From NCBI RefSeq assembly GCF_009834535.1, contig NC_045696.1, positions 82,958,001-83,022,000 of the forward strand: a stretch of DNA of 64,000 nucleotides, read 5' to 3'. Source of the DNA: Camelus ferus (lineage: Eukaryota). Below the pieces are notes generated by a model that ran no database searches, was not told the origin of the DNA, and saw only the letters and a program-made list of their open reading frames with translations. This document shows positions 1 to 10,905 of the stretch, piece by piece. Position numbers and translations under genes: made by a program. Each line of letters opens with the position of its first letter. Position 1 is the first letter of the stretch.

Positions 1-624
1 TGCATTACATTTTATTTTGTATTAACTCTTATTTTCCTGGAAGTAACACTTGCCCTAAAATCTCTACGTATATCTAAACTTTTAAGATATGTTCTGATAG
101 TTTTAACCACTGATATTTACTCTAATTTAATACATACATCTTATGTATTTCCTCTAATTTGTTTTTCATCATTTATTACACTCTGAATCCTTCAATGATT
201 GTCGGTATTTTGAAGACTCCTCAGATGGTTTTATTAGTGCACAAACTCAACTCACTGTTCTCTGCAAAACAGGAAGTTTCCTCCATGGTTTGGTTCACAG
301 CATCATCTAATAGAAACACCTGCCTGCACCTGAGTGGCCACATGGATTCTTTCACCAAGGCCCGTCAGTCCCTCCTCACTACGTTCTCCTGTGTCTGGTC
401 CGTGCCTTCTTGCTCCTTTTTTTCTCACTGGCTCTACATTTTTTAATCCTCTTCATCTTTTGTCTTCTTTTGGCTGATCAAGTAGACTTCTGCCTGATTT
501 CTCTGGTTCCAGTCTGTTCATATACCTATCAGCCCTTCGCACCATCAGCAACTTTATTTTTCAAATCACAAGCCTGATCGTATATTTTAAAGACATTTAT
601 AATGCCATGCTAAAAAAAACCATG

Positions 625-1298
625 AGGTAGCATGGTAGGCTGGTTGCCAGTGAAGCCAACCATGTGATTAAAGGGTTGGAAATTTTAGTCGCACCCCTGT
701 CTTTGGAGGATGAGAGAAGGGCTGGAGGCTGAATCAATCACCAGTGGCTGATGACTTAATCAATCATGCCTATGTAACGAAGCCTCCACAAAACCCCCAA
801 GGCACAGGGTTTGGGGAGCCTCCAGGCTGGTGAACACGCCACGTGGGGGTTTGGGAGGAGTGGCTACTCAAAAAGGGCATGGAAGCCCTGCGCCCACGCT
901 TTGCTCTGTGCGTCGCTTTCACCTGACTGCGCCCGAGTTACAGCCTTCTAGCAAACTGATGATCTAGTGAGGAAAATGTTTCTTTCAGTTCCATGAGCTG
1001 CTCTAGCCAATTAATGAAGCCTGAGGAAGGGGCGGTTGGACTCTCCGATCTATAATCAGTTGGTCAGGAGCACAGGCAACACGGACTTGCGACTAGCCTC
1101 TGAAGTGGGAGTGGGGAGCGCCCCTGTGGGACTGAGCGTCTAACCCCTGGGGCCTGATGCTCCTTCTGGGTAGACAGTGTCAGAGTTGAGCTGAATTGCA
1201 GGACGCCCAGTGGCTGTTGGGTTGGTGTGCCTTGCTTGGAAATGTAGGGAAACCTCCCCCTTCCTCTAAGCACACACACCGGAACTGGTGTTAGAATC
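625..1298 (+). mobile_element. MER21-family (ERVL-class) solo LTR
   Basis: Segments such as aatcaatcatgcctatgtaacgaagcctccacaaaacccc, ggtagacagtgtcagagttgagctgaattgcaggacgcccag and the end ggtgttagaa resemble the MER21B/C consensus as I recall it. Boundaries approximate. Confidence 0.8.
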
Positions 1299-1299
1299 C

Positions 1300-1551
1300 A
1301 TACTAGGTGATACATACCACCTACATATCTGTATGTATGAATAGGTATATACATAAATATAAGTGAGTCAAAGGTTGCAGTAAACAGCACTTTCCTTTAA
1401 CTCATGCACTTCACTCTGATATTTTCTATTCTAGTCTATTCCATTCTATTCTATTTCTTCTTCTTTTTTTTTTTTTTAAGGTGCTGATCATGACCCACTA
1501 TAAGGATTTCATAACCACTTACGGATCTCATCTTCAGCATGATAAAAACTG
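1300..1551 (-). mobile_element. hAT-Charlie MITE (MER112-like)
   Basis: cactctgatattttctattct...(ctatt)n...gctgatcatgacccacta...gatttcataaccact resembles the reverse complement of MER112, including its internal AATAG-rich tract. Confidence 0.65.
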
Positions 1552-1659
1552 AATCTGGGGACAGTTATAATCGTCTATGGGAGAAGTGGTGGATATCTAT
1601 TAAAAACTAAGCATCTCCGAAGAACTGTCTGGAAGAATGAAGGGGAGGGACTGGCAGTC

Positions 1660-2250
1660 AATCGGGATTTAAGAAGTAGTGTCAATAGCACTTGGTGAAG
1701 GACTCGATATGGGACAGGAAGAAAAGCACACTCGAGTATAGCTCCCAGAGTTTTGTCTGGGGAACCAGGTAAAGGTAGTGCCATTTGCAGGAGTGAGGAA
1801 GGAGTGGGAGGGACATGCGTGAAAAGGGTGGAGAATGAATAACCCGTTCAATTTTGGCCACTTTAAACCTGAGGTGCATGAGAGATAAGAACTGCTCAAT
1901 GGATAGAATTGTCTGGATATAGGAAAATGGGTCTGAGACCCACTGAGGTAAGTTATAGATTTGGAACTAAAAATCTATATGACGGGGGAGAATGTAGAAT
2001 GAGAAGAAAGTAAGCCCAAGGACGGAACTCTGGGAAATATTACCATTTCGATGACTGATGATGGGCTAAGCCCCCATGAAAGACAAACAGGAAAGGGCAG
2101 AGAGGACGGAGGAAACTGGGAGCCAGCCGTGGGATGCTGAGGGAGGAGAGTCTGGAGGAGCAATTGGCTAGTAGCATCAAATGGAAAGAACTATGACTTT
2201 AACAATAAATGTTTCAAGAGAATGGTGAATATGGGAAGCCAGCTTACAGT
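1660..2250 (-). mobile_element. LINE-2 fragment
   Basis: Purine-rich antisense L2-like text (cccagagttttgtctggggaaccaggtaaaggtagtgccattt; gttcaattttggccactttaaacctgaggtg). Confidence 0.7.
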
Positions 2251-2289
2251 AGCTGGAGGCAAGACACCTTTTATGTTAACAAGGACCAG

Positions 2290-2700
2290 GCCAGAGTATC
2301 AACGGAGGCAAACATACCACACGTCTAGTATCTAAAAGCTGTGAACCAATAAGACAAACTGTTAAATACGTTCTACTGTCTGACAAATGTGCCTGTATAA
2401 CCAAAGGAAAGGCCAGGCTTGAATTCTGAACTCTTGGATTCCTCAGAGTTCTGCTTTGGACTGTGGTAGTTTGGAGAGGGCAACCCCAGCCTCCCAGCCT
2501 ACAGGAGCCCTATCTGGCTCCCACCCCACAACCTCCATACATAGGAACCCTGCAAACATACCATATGTACGGCCACCCAGCCTGTCAGCCCAAATTCCAC
2601 CCGAGCCTCTTTCCCTGCCAACAACCCCCCATGGCTACCCCTTGGCCCTACAGTGTGGTCTGCCTTCGAGAGAGATGACCGGAGAAGCACCCCCAAAATA
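2290..2700. mobile_element. hAT-Tip100 element fragment (MER115-like)
   Basis: cataccacacgtctagtatctaaaagctgtg...caaactgttaaatacgttct...ggaaaggccaggcttgaattctgaactcttggattcctcagagttc resembles MER115 as recalled. Confidence 0.55.
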
Positions 2701-2739
2701 AAGGGTGAACAAAAGCATATTTACATGCGTGGAGGAAGA

Positions 2740-3195
2740 AACTAAGGTTGGGGGATAGTTGAGAGCTTGAAAAGAGTGAGTGATCGACAGAGCAAGTCCC
2801 TGTAGGAGACCCTTGGGGTCAGGATGCAGGGACAGAGAGAGGGCCTTGGCCTCCACGGGAAGGGAGGGAAAACATGGATACGGGGGGATTTGTCGGTGGA
2901 GAGGGAGTTTGCTAGAGCTCATGCTTTATGCTTTCATTTTTCTCTGGGAATTAAGAAGCAGTCCCTGTAGAGAGAAGGTGGTCAAGGTTGAGTCTCTGTG
3001 GAGAGAAAGGGGCTGAGGAGAGAAATCCTAATGAAAATGGTTGCTTTTCTTAGAAAAATCTCCCCCGCAGTAGCAGGGAGAGGGGCTCAGAGATGAGAGC
3101 AAGACCACCAAGTGGCCGTCAAGACCAAGCTAAGTTTGGAATAAAAAAAATTCCAGTTGCTACAAACTGCATGGCTGTGGGGTTTTTCTTGGCTC
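2740..3195 (-). mobile_element. LINE-2 fragment (ORF2 region)
   Basis: Purine-rich antisense L2-like sequence ending in actgcatggctgtggggtttttcttggc. Confidence 0.5.
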
Positions 3196-4595
3196 TGAAG
3201 GAACTGGAGACATAACGTTCACTACAAGGTAAACGCAAGATCTTGCTTGAAGGTGGTTCAGTGAACATTTAATGGGTAATTACATGATCATTTTTGAGAC
3301 TTTTCCTTAATATTAAGTCACAGAAAATAGAAACAGAAAGGATCTCCTTCCTCTCCCCCCCAGCAAAACGGCTTGTTATAAGGGGCTCCAAGAGTGCATG
3401 CCTCATTTCCAAAGCCCAGGGTAAGGAAGAGATCTCCACTTCCCTTAGGAATTATTTCATAGCCTAACAGTTATTGTAGCCAGGAAGCTTTTTTTTTTTT
3501 TTTCTTCTCCTCTTGATATTTCGTCCAAATTATATTCTTCTTGATTTCAACCTATTATAGTTAGTCATTTCCTCATGGTTAACTTAAGGATCTCTATCCC
3601 TTCCTGGTGTTTGCACCTTCCAAATATTATGCCGACTTATCACCCGACCTGGCGATAACTGTTTAAAAATACACATTTTTGGTTTATGTATAGGATGATG
3701 GTTTTACATCCTATAAACACACTATACATGGATGTCTAGGGAGTCGAGAAAATACACTCTTGTGTGAGTGAAAATATGTCGGCCACATATACCTGATTCT
3801 ATGTAATTACAATCTTCATAATCATTCATTTTAGATTTGCCAACTTGCACATGTGGAAATGTTCAATTTGTAATGTGATTATAACACAAAAACAAAGCAT
3901 GTTTGATACCTGTGGCTTGGTCGTTTCATGGTAAGTGCAGAAAATTCAAAAAACCGTGTTACATTTCACATTCCTGGCCAAGTCAAACTCTGAAAGTAGC
4001 TCTATAATTCTTGGGGAATCTCTTTAAGCAGACTTGTGTCAAGGCCAATTAGAATCCAAACAGCCTATTTCTAATTGGGGTGAGGTATGCAGCTGAATAA
4101 TTCTGTCATTAAGCAAACCCCTTATAAAGGTTACAACTCCAAGGCAAACCTCAGCCCCAGGGCTGAATAAACACAGGAGGGTAGGAGTGCGGCATTCCAC
4201 GACTGGCACCTTCGCCCCAGAAGCCCTGGAGAGGGGGCTTTGGGATTTCTTTTTATGCTCTTGCCATCCCCTTCTCCTTCCACCCTCTGCCTTTTCTCAT
4301 ACCTGGCAAAGATATAACAGAATTAAGAGACACATGTAAATTCTCCATTAGCTTTCCCTTTGTCAAGAAGCCATATTGGTTTTTCTTTGGGGGGAATAAG
4401 AGTATCATTTGAGAATTTTACAAAACTGTTTCAGTTTAAGGGTAAGCCCTGTCTCCTGTGGCATTCTTGGCTTATCCCAATTTGAACTCTTCTCTGTCTT
4501 TTTCAGCTTTATTTCCTCCTACCTCTCCTTATGGCCAGTCACCATTCACTACTACCCTTTATGGAATACTCTGTGCAGTTTATCTATGTCTATTC

Positions 4596-4638
<43 letters not shown>
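4596..4638. repeat. (TATC)n tetranucleotide microsatellite
   Basis: About 10-11 tandem TATC units directly visible. Confidence 0.97.
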
Positions 4639-4732
4639 ACCTATGTAGCTATATCTTTGTTCCTGAGATTGCCTCTGATAGCAATACTCAGATGTTCATA
4701 AAATTCTGCACAGGTTTGAGAAGTTTGCTGCG

Positions 4733-4900
4733 CTGGTTCAGACCCAGACTCCACCAGTTATAGACGGTGTGATGTTTGATAAGGCATTTAACTTCTCTAA
4801 GTCTCACTTTGCTCAACTGTAATAGGTTGGCTTTAATGTTAACCTTACAGTTTATTTTTTTTGGGGGGGTGAAATTAAATTAGCATATACTAAGTGCCTA
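4733..4900 (+). mobile_element. MIR SINE
   Basis: Degenerate MIR core (tgtgatgtttgataaggcatttaacttctctaagtctcactttgctcaactgtaa), followed by an (AAT)n tract at 4900-4926. Confidence 0.7.
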
Positions 4901-4935
4901 ATAATAATGATAATAATAATAATAATACTTCATCC

Positions 4936-5338
4936 TGTGGTATAGGTTGGGATCTCTGAGAAAGACTTTGAAATGGAGATTTGTATGCAGGAAGTTTATT
5001 ATTCCAAGTTCTTGGAATCAGTCCCTTTGGAAGGGAAGAGGTAGGACCAGAGCAGGGGAGAAGAATGGAACTGTGGTGCGGTTATAACAAAGACCTCAAT
5101 CTATTTTGTGAAGTGCTTTGGAGCTAAGATGACCTTTAGAGTTGTCCCAAATTGTGTCAAGGGGCTGGTCTTTTATATCTGGCATCAACCAGTCATTGGA
5201 TGAGGACTGGTCCTGAGAAGGGAACATGGTCTTGGGTAAGGTGGCTCCTTTCATCTGAGGGCAATTTCCAGTATCTGAGGGACTGAATGGTTCGTGCTGA
5301 AGTGGGAAATGGACATAGCACATCACAGCCTCCATAGA
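4936..5338 (-). mobile_element. LTR16-type 3' LTR of an ancient ERVL-class provirus
   Basis: gactttgaaatggagatttgtatgcaggaagtttatt resembles antisense LTR16. On the minus strand it is preceded by the PPT-like junction ccaagagtggtc and adjoins the internal region. Confidence 0.65.
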
Positions 5339-7790
5339 GACCACTCTTGGCATGGCTCAGAACCATTTTCTGGGAGTAGCTCCTTCATGATTCTGATGGA
5401 CATATTTTTCCTGGGAAAAACTGTTAGCAAGACGGACTACAGCTGCTACTGCTGAAGCTGGTATTGAGGCTGTAACAGATATTCCTCTTCTCCCCCCTCT
5501 ATCACCCACTTCAAACCCCCTTAGTCTATATGCTGGTGTAGGTGAATTACCTTGTGAGGATGACTCAGGCTCTCATCTCTCAGAGGTCTGATCTTGTGGT
5601 CACCATGACTTTCTTGGTCTGTGCTTTTCCATTTACCATCAAAACTGACAAAGACATATCAAGAAACACCAAAATAGAGCACATGAGTACCAAGCATATT
5701 CTTCCTGGCCTCCTCTGTGTGATGGCAGCTCTCCCTCTCCTGATGATCAGGGTTAATTATCCCTGCTAGCATCATCATCTCTTTCCTTGCTGCCGGTATC
5801 TTGATGTGACAAGCCCAAAGTGACTAGGCAGTAGCTGTGGCTTAAAGTCTAATGTAATGTTTCCTTGTGAAAGTACTTCCTTCTGGGAAGCAGGCCTCTA
5901 AACCTGCAGGTATGGAAGGTACAAAAATCCCCAGGTCATTGAATCATTGTAGTGGGACCACTCCTATTTCTACTCCTTAGATTTTGGACTTAGGTATTCT
6001 GTGTATTAAATGCATCATTTCCAAGCTGGTCCCTTAACTATCCTCTTCCATCATTCTGTCAGGCCAGCTAGGTGGTGTAGCGTGGGATATGCCCAGTGGG
6101 TCCCAGGGTCTTGTGCCCAGTGCCATACTTCCTTTGCTGTAGAGTATCCCTCAGTCCAATGTGATGTTGTGTAGGATCTCATGTTGGTAATGAAACTCTG
6201 CATGCCCTCAGCTCATGGTGCTAGTTGAAGCCCCCAAGCAAAAAAGGCAACTCCATAGTTAGAATATATGTTGAGTATAGGTTAAGTGGTCCAATATTAG
6301 CAACTTTCCACCAAAATTATTTTCCTTGAAATATGGTACCATACAGAGGGCTCAATGTTATTCTGCACTGATGGCACTTTGGACATTTGGCAGTGGTCGT
6401 GAGATCAGCTTCAATGAGGGAAAGCTGGTGCTCTCAGTCCCGTGCAGTACCTCCGCCCTCCCATGCTTTTATTCCGTTCTTGCATGTATTGTGCAGGAAC
6501 GGGTGCTGCCAATGACAGGAAGGGTGATGTCAGCTCACTGAGTCATTTTTTCTATATTGTTGTTTAAAGTCTCTTCTCTGCCAGATGCTGTCTTTTGAGT
6601 GACATTATGTGATACAAAGACCTTCGTATTCACGACCACTCACATTAATCCATCCATATTCCTCTTCCCTAAACCTCCCTGTCCCTTACTTGCCAGTCTT
6701 TCTCCATCAGGGTCCAGAATAACCAATCAAATTAATTACAAGGCTGTATATGTTCTAATCTGAACTACTAATTTTTTAATACAAAGGGGGTGATCTGGTG
6801 TGCAGGATGACCACGAATGCTGCCCAAAGCTCTTCTCACTGGACACACTTCCTATCACCCATCTGTTTCAGTGCTACCTATTCGTGAGACGGTAGCACAG
6901 TTGTCATTCATTTTGGGCCTGCATAAATGGTTTGACTTCACCCATCTATGAACATATCCGATGGGAAATTCTGACGTGTCCCAGAACACTGCATCTCAAA
7001 GATCTTCACTGATTGACTGATCTCTTAATCTTCATTGGGTTTATTTCCAACCTGGAAGGCATGTGTCTTACCAAGATCTCTAATACACTTGCTGCTACTT
7101 GATTATTCTGTCTAGTTAACATGACATCATCAATATGTTGGATCCATGTCATTTTCTGCAGAATATATATGTGGTGCAGGTTTTTGGATGATTCTCTGAC
7201 GGGGGATAAGAGAGTTAAAATAACTCTGAGGACAAGATAATACATTCACACTGTTGACTGTCTCAAGTGAATGTGAACTGTTCCTGATCTTCCTTTCTGA
7301 TGAGATTAGAAATGAATGCACTTACCAGGTCAGCGGCCCTATTGAATGCATCTGAGGCTTTATTAAACTGCTCCAGCAAAGACACCAGATCAGGCACAGC
7401 AGCTGTAAGCGGGGCTACTACTTGTTTGAGCTTTCAATAGTTTATCATCGTCCTCTAGGATCCATGCTTTGCCCAGTTCCCAGACCTGAGCTTCCATCAT
7501 TCACTTGCGAAAGGTGAAAAGCAAGCATTTCAGTAACTATTAGATTGCACTCCCACCTGCCTCACCAACCTTGGTGCTCATCACAATAATTAATTCCCAT
7601 CTTGCTTCTGTTATCATTTTGGCTCCTCTCCTCCCCGTTGTTGTCAGGCAGCACAGTTCCAAGGTCACCACCAGTGACCACTTTAACAATTGCACTAGTA
7701 CTGCAAGTCACGTGTCACTGGTGCTCCTTTTATCATCCTTAATGGGGTCTTCAATGCCAATTGGACAGCAGAGATCTAGCACCAAAATTC
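5339..7790 (-). mobile_element. Decayed ERVL-class internal region (pol remnants; ERV3-16A3-like)
   Basis: Minus-strand translation near 7430-7270 gives LKQVVAPLTAAVPDLVSLLEQFNKASDAFNRAADLVSAFISNLIRKEDQEQFTFT*. ORF 7006-7245 contains WIQHIDDVMLT...LEILVRHMPSRLEINPMKIK. Both match ERVL RT motifs (IAAAVPDVVSLLEQI, IDLANAFFSIP, LVHYIDDIML, GWEINPTKIQ). Stops and frameshifts are present. Confidence 0.88.
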
Positions 7791-7869
7791 TATTTGTGAG
7801 CCTGAATAGATAGGTGGATAGGTAGATAGAAAGATACCTACTTTCTCTTTCTATCTCTCTCTCTCCACA

Positions 7870-8305
7870 ACTTGGCTATTTTCACCACCTCCTATTACTC
7901 ATATCCAAACCACCACAATATCCTACCATGGTCCTTAACGTGCTCATTATCTGAACTCCAGCTCCCTCTCGACACGTCTCTGAACGTGCTTCTCCTAGCT
8001 CACTGCTCTGCAGCATAAATGACACCTAAACAGACAAGTCAGACCTGCCCATCTTATCCTAAAAGCCCCTTCTTAGTGCCCTCTACCTCCTTACACTGTT
8101 ACATTTTCTTTCATAGCACTGTCACTATCTGACATTATACTAGAAGTGTATTTATTTATTTGCTATGTTTATCTCCCATACTAGCTTGTACTCTGTGTAA
8201 GGTCAGAGTTTGTTGCATTCCATTCTTTATCCTTAGTGCCCTAAACTGTACCTGATAGCTACAGTAGGCATCAATACATGTCTGCCAAATGAATGAATGA
8301 ATGGA
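7870..8305 (+). mobile_element. LINE-2 3' end
   Basis: cccatactagcttgtactctgtgtaaggtcagag...cagtaggcatcaatacatgtctgccaaatgaatgaatgaatg; typical L2 3' terminus with (AATG)n tail. Confidence 0.85.
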
Positions 8306-9589
8306 CTTCTTAGTGTCATCAGATATTACATTGATGACCTCTGTTAGATGTATCTGTGGGTTTTGACAGAAGCAATGTGAGAAGCTGTAGACCTCTGTTA
8401 AGTTCAGAATTGTCTTCTCTGAGTTAAATTTGGCTTGAATTTTAAGACGAAAGGCAACATTCTGTTTTCCAAGTGGCCCGACTTCCTTTTGCTTTGACAT
8501 CCATTTTGGAGCACTTATTGTGCTGTGAACTTTGCTGCTACAGAGTCTATTGTTTGCCTTGCACCAACATAGAATCTCTTGGAATTAAAACAAAAGGGAT
8601 TAAAAGAGATATCGTATCACCCCTTTTTCCACGGTTTCTTTCCAGCTCTTGGCACCTAGCTTCTCACGTACCCTCACGACCGATCTGATCTGGGGCCTGG
8701 TAGGCATCTCGGTCTCTCCGTAATCTCCCTGCTGCCAAGCTGGGGGTTAGAGGAAACAAAGAGGGGCAGGCTCACTAAAATTAACTTATTCCTTGTACAC
8801 CTTCTTGGTAGAATTATTTAGTGTGAGATGCATGAGAATCTTAGCCTTTTTGTTGCTTTGAAATATTTAAGTTATCCAAATTTAAATAATATTTACCTAT
8901 TTGGATATATATCTCTGAATTGGTAAATCTATGAAAAGGTTACCACCACCCGTGATTTAACATTTATTCAAAATCTTTTCCTTGTGTCTCTATGTAATAT
9001 CTAGAAGATTCTCCTATCCCTAATGGATAGGAGAGAAAACACTAATGTTTTATAAGTCATCTTCAGAAATATTTAAGTTTTAAAATTTTGGCCATGTCTA
9101 GGTGAACACTTCATTGTATTCATCTTTTTTTCTATTTTTGTACATTTGATTAACAATGCTATTTTACTAGAATATAAACTCCTTGAAGGCAAGGATTATT
9201 TTCTATTTTTTTCACCCTATATCTAAAATATCCAGAATAGTCCCTGGCATGTATTAAGTACTCGATATATAAATTTCTTGAAAGAATTAAAATCTTACTT
9301 TTTTTGCAACTCTGATGTGTCTTTATATCAATGTTTAGTTACGCCAAACATAACCCACATAAAATTTTTATTGCTTTTCTTCTCCATGGAGAAATAATCT
9401 AACACTTTTTAAAGTATGTTTTTGATTTTAGAAGTTTTCACAAAGTGTCTTGCTTTCTCTACATTTATAAGTTTTTAAGACCTTTGAAGTTTTCATCGTC
9501 TCTGAAAACGTAAGAAAGTTAGAATTTCACATCTTCAGAATGCCTGGTATTGGATTTAGATCTCTCCAAATCATTTGTTTTTCTCCACA

Positions 9590-10260
9590 ATATCTACTGA
9601 ATAATGTTTTATGTCAAGTACTGTCCTCATTGGACCTTAACAGGTGTCCCCATTGATTTTATACTCTGGTGGGAAAAACAGACGTCAAACTAGTGAATTC
9701 AGCTGAGCTGAAAGTTGTAAGAATAGTAGCTTTCATTATCATTATCATATTTCATTATCATATGTGCCACGGAGCACATATTCAATGGAGGTGACTTCCC
9801 CAAAGACAGAATACTTAATTTGAAATGTGAAGTTTGAGTTGAAGTTATTTAACTGAAGTCTGGTAGAACAAAGCGTTCCTGGTACACAAAGAAGCAAGTT
9901 CAAAGGTCCCGAGGGGATACAGAACTTGGTAAATTTCCATTTTTAAAAGTAAACCGTATGGCTGGAGCACTGAGAGCAAGTAGCAAAGTGATATATGATG
10001 AGGCCAGAGAGGTTGGCAAGACCCAGGTGTGGATTCTTGAAGGATATTTGGTTTTGAACTTAGAGCCTGATGAGTCTTGTTTTAAACATGATGACATGAT
10101 CAGACCTGGTTGGAAAACTTGTGCTAGCTGCAGTGTGGAAAATAGGTTTACGATGCGTTTGCAATGCAACTTAGGAAATACTTGAAATGTTTCAGGTGAG
10201 AGACAATGGTGACTTGGACTAAGGTGACATTAAGGGTGAACATAGTAATGGACTAAGTAA
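9590..10260 (-). mobile_element. LINE-2 fragment
   Basis: caaaggtcccgagg...tggctggagcactgagagcaag...gatgaggccagagagg...caggtgagagacaatggtgacttggactaagg: antisense L2 pattern. Confidence 0.75.
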
Positions 10261-10271
10261 GGTCATATTAA

Positions 10272-10905
10272 TGTCAGGAGATGATTATTCAGTCTCTGCT
10301 TCACTTCCACTATCATCTTCTAGAGATGTTAGTTAGCGATTGTCTCCCTTATACGCTCCTCTAAAAGAATCTGCCCCTTGTCCTAGCTCTTGGCTGAATG
10401 TCTTGTACCTGGAAAAAACATGTTTAACACAACAAATTGAATCAGGTGTGGGAAAATTGACTCAAGGGGAACCAACAAAATCCTGTTGGAAAAATTTGAA
10501 CCATAAAACCCAGAAATGGCAGAGATGCTGTTGGGTCCTAGATTGCTAAGGGAATGCAGAGATGGTAACAGAGTCGTTGCTGTGATAAACCAGAGCGACA
10601 CGCAAGCTGAAATTGGGGAGGCCCAGAAACCAGAGATTTCCGAGGATCAATGAATTCTGCAGAGAGAAAAATGTAATAGGTTTGCAGAGAGATGAATGTA
10701 ATAGTTTTAAAGAGAGAAAGAGAAAGATGTCTGTATGGTTCCTGAGAGAAAGAGAGGAGAGGAGACTTAATACTATTTTGGTTTCTAGGAAGCCCGACTG
10801 CACTGCCTGCCGTTGAATTGAGTTCTGTAAGTGACTCCTTATCTTTTTTCTCTCAATAATCTACTTAAAAAATTATTCTAGAGTAAGATTTTGATAACTG
10901 AAGCC
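10272..10905 (+). mobile_element. Ancient MaLR (MLT1-type) LTR, highly diverged
   Basis: General MLT1L/N-like layout (gactcaaggggaaccaac...aaatttgaac...gcagagaga purine tract...aataa). Family assignment weak. Confidence 0.4.

Noticed and set aside
3201..3228. 28-nt micro-exon (gaag|...caag|gtaaac) that would join in frame to 3835
   Set aside because: Weak AAG acceptor derived from the edge of an L2 fragment; no independent support.
4409..4763. ORFs with IYLS/SIYL repeats
   Set aside because: Translation of the (TATC)n microsatellite.
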